Source: an uncultured Chloroflexia bacterium
GTDB lineage: Bacteria; Chloroflexota; Limnocylindria; Limnocylindrales; CSP1-4
Direction of reading: 5' to 3'
NCBI GenBank assembly: GCA_963734995.1
Contig: CAVTJD010000005.1
Span: 462,014 to 526,013 of the forward strand
DNA length: 64,000 nucleotides
Part shown: positions 21,993 to 32,272 of the stretch, in pieces
How the letters are laid out: the number at the start of each line of letters is the position of its first letter
How positions within the stretch are numbered: position 1 is the stretch's first letter
Notes under the pieces: generated by a model
Seen by the model: the letters and a program-made list of their open reading frames with translations, nothing else
Told to the model about the DNA's origin: nothing
The model's database searches: none
Made by a program: the position numbers and the translations under genes

Positions 21993-23474
21993 TCAGGCCG
22001 GGAGCTGGCAGATCCGGTCCATGACGGCCTCCACGCCATGCTGGATCGCCAGCGCCTCGCTGCTGGTGCGCCCGATCGCCGTCATGCCCATTCGGCCGTC
22101 GATCGCGAGCCCGGACAGCATGTGGAGCACGGCGCCGGTGTGGGTCTCGTGCGTGAACAGCAGGTCCGCCTTGCGCAGGGCCTCGATCACCCGGGTCGGA
22201 TCGAGCCCCAGCCACAGCGGATCGACCAGGTTGTCGGTCGCCCCGTAGCACCGCGCCGAGCCGTCCTCGTAGGCGACCCACGTGCCGCGCGCGGCGTCGT
22301 ACCGGCCCGGGATCAGGTTCCGCATCGCTGAGTACGGGTGGGTCGTGCCGCCCTTGCGCAGGTTGATCTCGATCGCGTACACATCCCAGTCGCCCGCCTC
22401 GTTCGTGGCGGCAACGAAGTCCACCGCGACCCGTCCGAGCGCGCCGGCCCGGGCCAGCCGCTCGCCGATCGCCAGGGCGTGCGCCGCCAGGATCGGGGCG
22501 TAGGCGGGATCGGCGGGGAACCGGCAGCCGAGGTAGATCTGTGAATCCCTCCCGCCCAGGACCTGCTCGTGGGTGGCGAGGACCTGGACCGAGCCATCGG
22601 GCCGGATGTCGAACTGGGCGCTGGGGCTCGAGAACCGGGTGCCGCCGATGCGCTCCTCGACGATGCCGCCGGCACGCAGGTCGGCGAGGTACCACTCGGG
22701 CAGCGTCTCGAGCGTGGCCCGGAGCCACATCCGGGCGTCCACGGCTGCGTCCATCGGACGCAGGTCGATCACCTGGTTCCCGTCACCGGCGCCGCTGTCG
22801 TCATGCTTGATGACGACGCCCTCGACGGCCGGCCGCCGATCGCGGATCTCGCCCACCGCATCGATCAGGTCATCGACGGTGCGCACATCCTCGACGCCCA
22901 CCGGCACGGGCACGCCAGCCTCGCGGAACAGGCGCCGGCCCTCGCTCTTGAAGCCGAGGTGGCGGAGCTCCGGCCGCGTGCCGTTGATGGGGATGTCGAG
23001 CGCGAGCGCCAGCCGCGTCTCGTGGTCGGTGACGTTCCACGCCTCGATCAGTGCTGGCCGTCCGCGGACCAGGGCGCGGATCTGCGAGAGTCGCTCGGGA
23101 TCGTCCGCAAGCTTGCAGGCGACCGGGTTGAGCGTTCCGTCATCCACGTCGAGCACGTCGAACCGGGCGTCCTGCTGCATGTCCTCGCGCATCAGCGAGG
23201 TGTAGTAGTCGAGAATCTCCGGCGCCGGCGAGCGCGTGGACACGTAGATGACCTCGCACGCGGGGATGCGCGCCGAGACCAGCAAGCCGTTGAGATAGCG
23301 GTGCTCGAGCGAGAACACGCGGTCGCGGTAGTGCGACAGGAGCGACTCCGAGATGCTGTACGAGGGGAGCACCACGAGCACGTGGTCGACCGTCGAGCCC
23401 TGCCGGTTGGCGCCGAGCGCGGGACCCAGCTTTGCCTGCAGTCGATCGAACGCGTCAGGCATCGCCTCGGCCAT
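21993..23474 (-). CDS. ATP-grasp domain protein (pre-ATP-grasp N-domain; putative carboxylate-amine/peptide ligase)
   Basis: The central ATP-grasp region is FREAGVPVPVGVEDVRTVDDLIDAVGEIRDRRPAVEGVVIKHDDSGAGDG. The C-terminal motif is VDFVAATNEAGDWDVYAIEINLRKGG. Confidence 0.65.
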   Translation of the reverse strand: MAEAMPDAFDRLQAKLGPALGANRQGSTVDHVLVVLPSYSISESLLSHYRDRVFSLEHRYLNGLLVSARIPACEVIYVSTRSPAPEILDYYTSLMREDMQQDARFDVLDVDDGTLNPVACKLADDPERLSQIRALVRGRPALIEAWNVTDHETRLALALDIPINGTRPELRHLGFKSEGRRLFREAGVPVPVGVEDVRTVDDLIDAVGEIRDRRPAVEGVVIKHDDSGAGDGNQVIDLRPMDAAVDARMWLRATLETLPEWYLADLRAGGIVEERIGGTRFSSPSAQFDIRPDGSVQVLATHEQVLGGRDSQIYLGCRFPADPAYAPILAAHALAIGERLARAGALGRVAVDFVAATNEAGDWDVYAIEINLRKGGTTHPYSAMRNLIPGRYDAARGTWVAYEDGSARCYGATDNLVDPLWLGLDPTRVIEALRKADLLFTHETHTGAVLHMLSGLAIDGRMGMTAIGRTSSEALAIQHGVEAVMDRICQLPA

Positions 23475-23620
23475 CGGGAAACTCCTCGCTCAGCTCGTCG
23501 GCATCGTACAGGCACCGTCCCGTGCGGAGAACCACCCGCACGGCGTGCAGGACCGGCGCCGGCACCCGTTCGCACCCCGGGTCGGACCCGGGCCGGTGGT
23601 GGCGCGGGTACGATGGCCAG

Positions 23621-25057
23621 GTGAGCCCCGCGTCCGAGCCGCCCGACCGGCGCCTGCCTTCCTGGGATGCCGTTCCCGACAACCACGATGCTCCGGTAGC
23701 CGGCCGGCGAGATCCTGTGCCGGCGGGCACCTTCGGGCTGCGAGTGCGGTCGGTGTCGGAGGTCACGCGCACCATCCGCGAGCTCGTGCGGTCCGATGAC
23801 GGGCTGCGCGAGGTATGGGTCGAGGGAGAGGTGGGGCGCGTCACCGTGTCCACGGCCGGACACGCCTACTTCACGCTCAAGGATGCGCGGGCGCAGCTCC
23901 AGTCCGTGTGGTTCCGGGACGATCGGGTGCGATCGCCGTTCCAGCCCCAGACCGGGCTCCAGGTCGTCGCGCACGGGCGGATCGACCTGTTCGAGCCGCA
24001 GGGCGCGCTGCAGCTCTACGTCGACTCGCTCCAGCCGTGGGGGTTCGGCGACCTCGCGATCCGGTTCGAGCAGCTCAAGGCGAAGCTGGCTGCCGAGGGC
24101 CTGTTCGAGGCGACGCGCAAGCGGTCGCTGCCGATCCGACCCGCGGGAATCGCCGTCGTCACCTCGCCGACGGGTGCCGTGTGGCGCGACGTGTGCAACG
24201 TGCTCGCCCGGCGCTGGCCGCTGACCCGTGTCGTCCTCGTCTCGTGCCAGGTCCAGGGCGAGGGCGCCCCCGCGAGCATCGTGGCCGCGCTCCGCCGCCT
24301 GGACCGGTGGCGCGCCGAGCTGGCGGCAGCGGGCCGGGGCGACGAGGCGCCCGCGGTCACCATCGTGGCCCGCGGGGGAGGGTCGCTCGAGGATCTGTGG
24401 GCGTTCAACGACGAGCGCGTCGTGCGGGCGATCGTCGAGCACGAGGTACCGGTCGTGTGCGGCGTGGGGCACGAGACCGACGTGACGCTGGCTGACTTTG
24501 CGGCCGACGTGCGAGCCCCCACGCCGTCGGCGGCGGCCGAGCTGGTGGTGCCCGACCGAACGGACATGGCAGCGTCGATGGTGGCGGTCGCGCAGCGGGC
24601 GGCCGGCGCCGTGGCCGTTCGGCTTGCGGCGGCGCGGCGCGATGTGGCCGCCGAGCGTCGGGCGCTGGACCGTCTCGAGCCGCGGGCACAGCTGGCCGCG
24701 TCACGCGAACGGGCCGGGCTGCTGCTCGATCGTGCGGCCCGAGTCCTGGACGATCGACTGAACGTGGCCAGGACGAGCCAGGAGCGTCTCGCCGCGAGGC
24801 TCACACCGGTCATCGACCGCCGCCTCACTTGGGCTCGGACGGGCCTGGCTGCCGCGCAGGCCTCGCTCGCCGCGCTCGCTCCCGATGCGGTCCTCCGGCG
24901 GGGCTACGCGATCGCACGCCGGGCGGGCGACGAGCGGATCCTGCGCGAGCCGGCCGAGGCGCCGCGGGGCACGGCCCTCGAGATCGCGCTGTGGCATGGC
25001 ACCTTGGCTGCAACGAGCGACGGGCCGCGATCGTCGAAGTCACCGGAGGGATCATGA
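23621..25057 (+). CDS. xseA: exodeoxyribonuclease VII large subunit
   Basis: It has the OB-fold N-region (VWVEGEVGRVTVSTAGHAYFTLKD) and the catalytic region. The start is uncertain; GTG 23621 and GTG 23717 are the in-frame candidates. Confidence 0.85.
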   Translation: MSPASEPPDRRLPSWDAVPDNHDAPVAGRRDPVPAGTFGLRVRSVSEVTRTIRELVRSDDGLREVWVEGEVGRVTVSTAGHAYFTLKDARAQLQSVWFRDDRVRSPFQPQTGLQVVAHGRIDLFEPQGALQLYVDSLQPWGFGDLAIRFEQLKAKLAAEGLFEATRKRSLPIRPAGIAVVTSPTGAVWRDVCNVLARRWPLTRVVLVSCQVQGEGAPASIVAALRRLDRWRAELAAAGRGDEAPAVTIVARGGGSLEDLWAFNDERVVRAIVEHEVPVVCGVGHETDVTLADFAADVRAPTPSAAAELVVPDRTDMAASMVAVAQRAAGAVAVRLAAARRDVAAERRALDRLEPRAQLAASRERAGLLLDRAARVLDDRLNVARTSQERLAARLTPVIDRRLTWARTGLAAAQASLAALAPDAVLRRGYAIARRAGDERILREPAEAPRGTALEIALWHGTLAATSDGPRSSKSPEGS

Positions 25058-25234
25058 CGAGGATCGCGTGCCACCCGGGTGTCCGGTCGCCGGACGCCGG
25101 CGTGCGGGACAGGCTCCTGGGTCGCGCGACCGTCGCGAGTCGTCGCGACGGGCCATCGGCGGCCGCATGGCTATGATCGTCGCCGGCCGTCCCGAGCAGT
25201 CGGGCGCCGATGCCACCACGCAGGAGGATCGATC

Positions 25235-25543
25235 GTGACCGATGCCACGCAGCCGCCGCTCCCCGATGACCCGGGCAAGGGCGGTGACGTGGACCGGCTC
25301 GCGTTCGACGAGGCGTTCGCCGAGCTCCAGCGTGTGGTGGGGCTGCTCGAGGCCGGGGAACAGTCCCTCGAGTCGACGATCACCCAGTACGAGCGGGCGG
25401 TCGCGCTCCAGCGTCGGTGTGAGCGTCTGCTGGGCGAGGCGGAGCTGCGCGTGCAGCAGCTGATGAAGCAGCCGGGCGGTGATGTGGCCGTCGTCGAGGT
25501 TCAGCCGGGTGACGCGGGTGACGAGACGGGGGATGGCGGATGA
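25235..25543 (+). CDS. xseB: exodeoxyribonuclease VII small subunit
   Basis: It contains FDEAFAELQRVVGLLEAGEQSLESTITQYERAVALQRRCERLL. It has a GTG start with an AGGAGG RBS. The listed ORF (25079) starts further upstream. Confidence 0.8.
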   Translation: MTDATQPPLPDDPGKGGDVDRLAFDEAFAELQRVVGLLEAGEQSLESTITQYERAVALQRRCERLLGEAELRVQQLMKQPGGDVAVVEVQPGDAGDETGDGG

Positions 25544-25568
25544 TCGTGCTACTATCCGGTATCCAATA

Positions 25569-27719
25569 ATGAGCAGCAACGGGAGGGGCCCGACCGCCGT
25601 GCCGATCCTGGACCGCCTCGAAGGCCCGGCCGACCTGCGGGGGCTGACGGACGCCGAGCTCGCGCAGCTGGCGTCGGAGATCCGCGAGACGATCATCCGG
25701 ACAGTCGCGGTGACCGGCGGCCATCTCGGCTCGTCGCTGGGCGTGGTGGAGATCACGCTGGCGCTGCACCGGCTGCTGGAGTCACCGCGCGATCGGATCG
25801 TGTGGGACACGGGTCACCAGGCGTACGCGCACAAGCTCCTCACCGGGCGTCTCGAGCGCTTCCACACGCTGCGCCAGATCGACGGGGTGGGTGGCTTCCC
25901 GCGGCGGTCCGAGTCGCCGCACGATGTGTTCGACGGCGGTCATGCCGGCACGGGGCTGTCGATCGCCGAGGGCCTCGCCACGGCCAGGGATCTGCGCCAC
26001 TCGCTGGAGCGGATCGCGGTCGTGGTGGGCGATGCGGCGCTCCTCTCGGGTCTGTCGCTCGAGGCGCTCAACGACATCGGGCACCGCCAGAGCCAGCTGC
26101 TGATCGTGCTCAACGACAACGAGATGTCGATCAGCCCCTCGGTGGGTGCGCTGTCCAAGTACCTGTCCGAGATCAAGCTCTCGGTCGCCTGGCGCCAGGG
26201 CAAGACCGCCTGGGACGGGGCCACGGAGCAGATCCCCCTGGTCGGCTCGCGGCTGGTCGAGCTGTCGCGCCGCTTCCGGCAGTCGGTGGTCTCGTTCGCG
26301 CAGCCGGGCCAGCTGTTCGAGGATCTGGGCATCACCTACATCGGCGTGATGCCGGGTCACGACCTGCGGTTGCTGGAGGAGACGTTCCGGCGCGCGCTGG
26401 CGCTCAACGGACCCGTGATCGTTCACGTGCGCACGCAGAAGGGCAAGGGCTACCGACCCGCGGAGACCGATCAGGTCTCGTTCCACGGTGCGGCGCTGCC
26501 GCCGATCGCGGTCCCCGAGACCGATGCGCATGACCGGCTGCCCGCGCGGCTGCCCGGGAACGGCGACAGCATGACGTCGGCCGCAGCGGGCGGATCGGCG
26601 ATCACGCTCGGGCGTGCCGCTGACGAGGGTGCGCCCCCGTCGGCGTCGGTGATGGCCGACCGCCGGACGCCCGTGCACACGAGCGAGGGCACGGCCGAGC
26701 CATCCGCCGCGCAGGCCGCCGAGCCCGAGCGGACCCCGAACTACACGGCGTTCTTCGCCCGTGAGCTGGTGGATCTCGCGGCCGACGACCGGCGGATCGT
26801 GGCGATCACGGCCGGCATGCCCACCGGCACCGGCCTGGCCCGGTTCCAGGCGGTCTACCCGGACCGCTTCATCGATGTCGGCATCGCCGAGCAGCACGCC
26901 GTCACCCTCGCCACGGGATTGGCCCTGGGCGGGATGCGGCCGGTCGTGGCGCTGTACTCGACGTTCCTGCAGCGGGCGTTCGACCAGACCGTGCACGACG
27001 TGTGTCAGAACGACGCCCCCGTCCTCCTGGCGGTCGATCGTGCGGGGCTGGTGGGTGAGGACGGCACCAGCCACCAGGGCATGTTCACCATCCCGGCCCA
27101 GCGCATGCTGCCGAACCTGGTCATCGCGAGTCCCCGGGATGAGCAGGAGCTCCGCTCGCTGCTCCGGACCGCGCTCGCGCAGGAGCATCCGTTCGCGCTG
27201 CACTATCCGCGCGATGCGGGCTATGGCGTGGCCGCGCGCGATCCCGAGGTGCTCCCCATCGGACGCGGCGAGGTGCTGCGCGAGGGTGACGATCTGCTGT
27301 TCGTCGCCTTCGGCCCGATCGCGCACCGGGCGGTCGAGGTCGCCGAGCGGCTGGCCACCCGCGGCTGGTCCGTGGGCGTGATCAACGCCCGATTTGCCAA
27401 GCCCCTCGATCGGCAGCTGATCCTCGAGCACGCCCGTGGCAAGCGGCTGGTCGTGACGTTCGAGGAGAGCGTCGTCAGCGGCGGCTTTGGCAGCGCGGTG
27501 CTGGAGGCGTTCGAGGAGGCGCGACTCACCGATGCCGCGTATCGAGCGGTGCCGGTCCGCCTGATCGGGATCCCGGGCGACCGGTTCGTGGATCACGGCT
27601 CGGTCGCCGACCTCCGCCGGCTGATCCGGCTCGACGTCCCGGGCCTGACCGTGCAGGTCGAGGCGGCGCTGGCACAGCTGGGTGTCGGCCCCGGCGTGGC
27701 CCAGGGCGAGTCGCGGTAG
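25569..27719 (+). CDS. dxs: 1-deoxy-D-xylulose-5-phosphate synthase
   Basis: It has the TPP-binding motif GDGA...N and a transketolase-like C-terminal half. A ~60-aa low-complexity insertion lies between domains I and II. Confidence 0.95.
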   Translation: MSSNGRGPTAVPILDRLEGPADLRGLTDAELAQLASEIRETIIRTVAVTGGHLGSSLGVVEITLALHRLLESPRDRIVWDTGHQAYAHKLLTGRLERFHTLRQIDGVGGFPRRSESPHDVFDGGHAGTGLSIAEGLATARDLRHSLERIAVVVGDAALLSGLSLEALNDIGHRQSQLLIVLNDNEMSISPSVGALSKYLSEIKLSVAWRQGKTAWDGATEQIPLVGSRLVELSRRFRQSVVSFAQPGQLFEDLGITYIGVMPGHDLRLLEETFRRALALNGPVIVHVRTQKGKGYRPAETDQVSFHGAALPPIAVPETDAHDRLPARLPGNGDSMTSAAAGGSAITLGRAADEGAPPSASVMADRRTPVHTSEGTAEPSAAQAAEPERTPNYTAFFARELVDLAADDRRIVAITAGMPTGTGLARFQAVYPDRFIDVGIAEQHAVTLATGLALGGMRPVVALYSTFLQRAFDQTVHDVCQNDAPVLLAVDRAGLVGEDGTSHQGMFTIPAQRMLPNLVIASPRDEQELRSLLRTALAQEHPFALHYPRDAGYGVAARDPEVLPIGRGEVLREGDDLLFVAFGPIAHRAVEVAERLATRGWSVGVINARFAKPLDRQLILEHARGKRLVVTFEESVVSGGFGSAVLEAFEEARLTDAAYRAVPVRLIGIPGDRFVDHGSVADLRRLIRLDVPGLTVQVEAALAQLGVGPGVAQGESR

Positions 27720-27836
27720 CGACGTCCGCCGGGGGTCGACCCCTCCGCCCTGATCCCGCTCCGCCCGCCCTGGCGCCGAGGCTCGGGCCCCTCGGTCGGT
27801 TGATCCGGGTGAAGGCGGGTGTGCCACGATAGCGAC

Positions 27837-28661
27837 ATGCCGACCACGCATCCCCGCCGTCAGCGCCTGGACCAGCTGCTCGTCGATCGCGGGCTGGCCG
27901 AGACACGCGCCCGCGCCCAGGCCCTGGTGCTCGCGGGGCACGTGCGGGTGGGCGCCGGGGATGCCGCCCGCGCCGATCTGAAGGCGGGCGATCTCGTGGC
28001 GCACGACGCACCGGTGACGGTCGCTCCGGGCCGGCGCTGGGTCAGCCGCGGGGCGCACAAGCTGCTGGCCGCGCTCGATGCGTTCGAGGTCACCTGCGAC
28101 GGGTGCGTGGCGCTCGACGTGGGGGCCTCGACCGGCGGCTTCACCGAGGTGCTGCTGGCCCGAGGCGCACGCCTCGTGTACGCCATCGACGTCGGTCGCG
28201 GGCAGCTGGCGGACCGGCTCCGGCGCGATGATCGGGTGATCTCGATGGAGCGCGTGAACGCCCGGTCGCTCGACTCGACGACGCTGCCCGAGCCCGTGGA
28301 TCTCGCGGTCATCGACGTGTCGTTCATCTCCCTGGCGCTCGTGCTCGGACCCGTCCGATCGACGCTGCGCGACGGTCGCGGCCCGATCATCGCGCTGGTC
28401 AAGCCGCAGTTCGAGGCCGGCCGCGAGGATTCGCGCGGCGGCGTCGTGCGCGACCCGGCCGTCCATCGCCGGGTGCTGGAGGAGGTCATGGGCAGGGCCG
28501 CGGCGCTCGGTCTCGGGGCACGGGCGGTGATCCCGTCGCCGATCCAGGGTCCGGAAGGCAACCGGGAGTTCCTGGTCCATCTCCAGGCGGGACCGTCATG
28601 CGCGGAGATCGGCGAGCGCATCACCGAGGCGGTGTCACTGGCGTGGGAGGCGGGTCGATGA
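27837..28661 (+). CDS. tlyA: TlyA family rRNA (cytidine-2'-O)-methyltransferase
   Basis: It has an S4-like N-terminus and a FtsJ-like MTase domain (LDVGASTGGFTEVLL). Confidence 0.85.
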   Translation: MPTTHPRRQRLDQLLVDRGLAETRARAQALVLAGHVRVGAGDAARADLKAGDLVAHDAPVTVAPGRRWVSRGAHKLLAALDAFEVTCDGCVALDVGASTGGFTEVLLARGARLVYAIDVGRGQLADRLRRDDRVISMERVNARSLDSTTLPEPVDLAVIDVSFISLALVLGPVRSTLRDGRGPIIALVKPQFEAGREDSRGGVVRDPAVHRRVLEEVMGRAAALGLGARAVIPSPIQGPEGNREFLVHLQAGPSCAEIGERITEAVSLAWEAGR

Positions 28662-29500
28662 CCGTGCGCCGGATCGGGTTTGCCTACAACCCGACCATCG
28701 AGGAGGCGATCGACCTGCGGGAGCGCGCCGCCGGCTGGTGCCGCATGCGCGGGGTGGAGCAATGGGCCGCGGCCGCGGGTGACACCGACGGGCTGCGCGC
28801 GCAGCTGCCGTCCACGGACATCCTGGTCGTGCTCGGTGGTGACGGGACGTTCCTGCGCGCGATCCAGGCCGTCGTCGAGATCGACGTGCCGATCCTGGGC
28901 ATCAACCTGGGCAAGGTCGGGTTCCTGTCCAAGGCGGAGGCCCACGAGCTCGAGACGATGCTCGAGAAGCTGCGCGGCGGGGCGTTCGTGATCCGCGAGC
29001 GGATGGCGCTCTCGGGTGCCGTGCTGCCCGCCGGCCGGCCCGCCGGGAGCCGGTTCACCGCGCTCAATGACATCGTGATCGCGCGGGGATCGCTGGCAAG
29101 GGTGGTGCGGATGGCGGTGTCGATCGACGAATCGCACCTCGCCACCTTCGTCGCGGATGGTCTGGTCGTGGCCAGCCCCACCGGTTCGACCGGCTACTCG
29201 TTCTCGGCCGGCGGCCCGATCCTGGATCCCCAGAGCCGCAACCTCGTCGTGACGCCGATCGCCGGCTACCTGTCCGCGATCCGGTCGGTCGTGGTGTCGC
29301 CGCGCCAGGTCGTCCGCTGCCGCGTGCTCGACGCGCACGAGGCGCTGGTGTCGATCGACGGCCGTGAGGACCGTCGGATCGAGGTGGGTGACGTGGTCGA
29401 GGTGTGCGCGCTCGAGCGCCCGGTGCGGTTCGTGGAGCCGGCCGGGAGCCAGCCGTTCTGGGACCTGCTGCGGACCAAGGTCGAGCTGCTGCCGTTCTGA
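28658..29500 (+). CDS. nadK: NAD kinase
   Basis: It has the GGDGT motif and NDIVI, and the ATGA overlap with tlyA. Confidence 0.9.
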   Translation: MTVRRIGFAYNPTIEEAIDLRERAAGWCRMRGVEQWAAAAGDTDGLRAQLPSTDILVVLGGDGTFLRAIQAVVEIDVPILGINLGKVGFLSKAEAHELETMLEKLRGGAFVIRERMALSGAVLPAGRPAGSRFTALNDIVIARGSLARVVRMAVSIDESHLATFVADGLVVASPTGSTGYSFSAGGPILDPQSRNLVVTPIAGYLSAIRSVVVSPRQVVRCRVLDAHEALVSIDGREDRRIEVGDVVEVCALERPVRFVEPAGSQPFWDLLRTKVELLPF

Positions 29501-29502
29501 CG

Positions 29503-31239
29503 ATGGAGACCGTGGCGAGTCAGTCGATCTCCGAGCGCACCGGCAGGCTGCTCGAGCTGACGGTCGTGGATCTCGCGCTGATCGATCGCCTGCGCCTCGC
29601 GCTCCAGCCCGGGTTCAACGTGCTGACCGGCGAGACCGGGGCCGGCAAGAGCCTGCTGATCGATGCGCTGGGGCTGGCGCTGGGGGCGCGCGCGGACACG
29701 ACGCTGGTCCGGCACGGCGCAGATGGCGCGCGCGTGGAGGCGTTGTTCGATCGCGCCCCGGAGCCGATGATCGCGGTACGCGAGGTGAGCGCCGCGGGGC
29801 GGTCGACGGCGCGCCTCGACGACGAGACGGTGACCGCCGGACGGCTGGCCACGGCCGTCGGGCCGCTGGTCGAGATCCACGGCCAGCACGACCAGCAGCG
29901 GCTGCTCGACGAGGACTGGCAGCGCGACCTGCTCGACGCCTATGGCGGACACGAGGACCTGCGGCTCGCGGTGGCCGCGGCGGTCGAGCGGTGGCGCGCG
30001 AACCGCGCGGCGATGGCCGAGCTGGCGATCGATCCCCGTGAGCTGGTGCGCCGCGTGGAGGTGCTGCGGCACGAGGCTGCCGAGATTGCCGGTGCCCGGC
30101 TCAGGCCCGGCGAGGCCGACGAGATCACGCGGGCGCTCGCCGCAGCGCAGCACTCGGAGCAGATCGCGTCCGGTGCCGCCGCCGTTCGGGAGTCGCTGCA
30201 GGGCGAGGGCCGCGGGGTCCGCGATGCGCTGGCGGCGACCGAGCGCGAGCTGCGGGGTCTCGCGCGGCTCGACGAACGCTGGGCGCCGCTGGCCGATCGG
30301 ATTGCCGGGCTCGAGGCGGAGGCCGAGGACGTCGTTGCCGAGGTGCGGGCCCTGGCCGAGACCGTGGACCACGACCCGGCCTCGCTCAGCCGCCTGGAGG
30401 ACCGGCTGGGCGAGATCCATCGGCTGCTCCGTCGTTACGGCGATGACGAGGCCGCGGTGATCGCGCACGGGGAGCAGGCGGAGGCCGAGGCGACGCGGCT
30501 GCGAGGCATGGACGAGGAGCGGGCAGCCCGTGGGGTCGAGGACGGCCGGCTGCTGGCCGACGTCGGCAAGGCGTGCGCGGCGCTCTCGTCGCGCCGCATG
30601 GCCACCGCACGGGAGCTCGGCGAATCGGTCGCGGCCGTCCTGGCCGAGCTCGGCTTCCCGGCGGACGCGTTCGCCGTGGCCGTGGGCCACCGTCCCGCGG
30701 CGCGCGACGACCCGGCGGTCGAGATCGACGGGGATGCGGTCGTGTTCGATGGCACCGGCATCGATGCCGTCGTGTTCACGTTCCGCCCCAACCCCGGCGA
30801 ACCGGCCCGGCCGCTGGCCCGGATCGCATCCGGCGGCGAGCTGTCGCGGGTCGCGCTGGCGGTCAAGCAGGTCCTGGCGGAGGCGGATGCCACCCCCACG
30901 CTCGTGTTCGACGAGATCGACACGGGGATAGGTGGGCGGAGCGCGGACCCGGTCGGTCGCAGCCTGTGGACGCTGGCCAGGGATCACCAGGTGCTGTGCG
31001 TCACCCATCTTCCCCAGATCGCGGCCTATGCGGACGCGCACTACCGCATCGAGAAGATCGAACGGGACGGCCGGACCGTGACCGAGGTTGCCCGCCTGGA
31101 CCGTACCGAGCGCGAGACGGAGCTGGCGGTGATGATCGGTGGCGCGGCCGGCGGCGCGGCGGCGCGCGAGTCGGCCCGGGAGCTGCTCGACCGGGCGCAG
31201 GCGTGGCGCGGCACGCGGCTGGCCGATGCCCGCGCCTGA
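29503..31239 (+). CDS. recN: DNA repair protein RecN
   Basis: It has the Walker A motif GETGAGKS, a coiled-coil region and the C-terminal signature (ELSRVALAVK...LVFDEIDTGIGG). Confidence 0.9.
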   Translation: METVASQSISERTGRLLELTVVDLALIDRLRLALQPGFNVLTGETGAGKSLLIDALGLALGARADTTLVRHGADGARVEALFDRAPEPMIAVREVSAAGRSTARLDDETVTAGRLATAVGPLVEIHGQHDQQRLLDEDWQRDLLDAYGGHEDLRLAVAAAVERWRANRAAMAELAIDPRELVRRVEVLRHEAAEIAGARLRPGEADEITRALAAAQHSEQIASGAAAVRESLQGEGRGVRDALAATERELRGLARLDERWAPLADRIAGLEAEAEDVVAEVRALAETVDHDPASLSRLEDRLGEIHRLLRRYGDDEAAVIAHGEQAEAEATRLRGMDEERAARGVEDGRLLADVGKACAALSSRRMATARELGESVAAVLAELGFPADAFAVAVGHRPAARDDPAVEIDGDAVVFDGTGIDAVVFTFRPNPGEPARPLARIASGGELSRVALAVKQVLAEADATPTLVFDEIDTGIGGRSADPVGRSLWTLARDHQVLCVTHLPQIAAYADAHYRIEKIERDGRTVTEVARLDRTERETELAVMIGGAAGGAAARESARELLDRAQAWRGTRLADARA

Positions 31240-31286
31240 CGGCGACCCGCAACGGGCCGCAGCGGCGCGAACGTGGGGCTGGCCCG

Positions 31287-32255
31287 ATGACCCGGCCCGC
31301 CGCGGACCTGGACCGGACGATCGAGGAGTACCTGACCTTCCTGCGGGTCGAGCGCGGGGTGGCCGAGGCCACGATCCGGGCCTATCGCGGCGACCTGGTC
31401 GACTTCGCGATGAGCCGAGGGGCCGCCGCCCGCTGGGCGGCCGGACCCGAGACGGCGCATCGCTATCTCGCCGCCCGGGCGCGCCGTGGCCGCCCTCGCG
31501 ATCCGGGGCTTGCGCCAACCAGCCTGCGGCGTCGTGCGGCGGCGATCCGGGGCTTCTACCGGTTCGCCTACGGCGAGGGCGCGATCGACGTCGACATCGC
31601 GGCGCACCTGGAGCTGCCGCGCCAGCCCCGGCTGCTGCCCGAGACGCTCACGGTCAACGAGGTCGAGCGGCTGCTCGAGGCGGCCGGCGGCGAGATCGAC
31701 CCGGGGACGAACCCCTCGGACGCCGACGGCACGGCAACCGCGGTCCGCAACCGTGCCCTGATCGAGCTGCTGTACGCGGCCGGCCTCCGCGTCTCGGAGG
31801 CACTGGGGCTGAACCTCGACCACCTCAACCTGCCGGCGGCGTTCGTGCGCGTGATCGGCAAGGGCGATCGGGAGCGTCTGGTTCCGGTGGGCGACGTGGC
31901 CGTCGAGTGGCTGGGTCGCTACCTCGCCTGGCCACGTCCCGTGTGGCAGGCGGCGTCGGGCCTGCCGGACGGGCCTACCCAGCCGCTGTTCCTGACCGCC
32001 CGGGGATCGCGGCTCGGACGCCAGCAGGCCTGGGCGGCGGTGAAGGCCGCCGCGGCCGCGGCCGGCCTGGGCGACCGGGTGTCACCCCATACGCTGCGCC
32101 ATTCGTTCGCGACGCATCTGCTCGAGGGCGGTGCTGACCTGCGCGTCGTCCAGGAGCTCCTCGGACATGCCAGTATCTCCACCACACAGCTGTACACGCA
32201 CCTGACCGGTGAGCGGATCCGCGAGGTGTATGCCCGGGCACATCCGCGGGCATAG
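31287..32255 (+). CDS. xerD: site-specific tyrosine recombinase XerD/XerC
   Basis: It has the catalytic residues in context (...HTLRHSFATHLLEGGADLRVVQELLGHASISTTQLYTH). Its position downstream of recN is typical of the housekeeping xerD. Confidence 0.85.
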   Translation: MTRPAADLDRTIEEYLTFLRVERGVAEATIRAYRGDLVDFAMSRGAAARWAAGPETAHRYLAARARRGRPRDPGLAPTSLRRRAAAIRGFYRFAYGEGAIDVDIAAHLELPRQPRLLPETLTVNEVERLLEAAGGEIDPGTNPSDADGTATAVRNRALIELLYAAGLRVSEALGLNLDHLNLPAAFVRVIGKGDRERLVPVGDVAVEWLGRYLAWPRPVWQAASGLPDGPTQPLFLTARGSRLGRQQAWAAVKAAAAAAGLGDRVSPHTLRHSFATHLLEGGADLRVVQELLGHASISTTQLYTHLTGERIREVYARAHPRA

Positions 32256-32272
32256 GGAGGTCGTACGGGGAC

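Noticed and set aside
25079-25543. Listed 154-aa ORF as xseB
   Set aside because: Only the last 102 codons match XseB. The upstream 52 codons are Arg-rich junk. The GTG at 25235 has an AGGAGG RBS, so the shorter gene is annotated.
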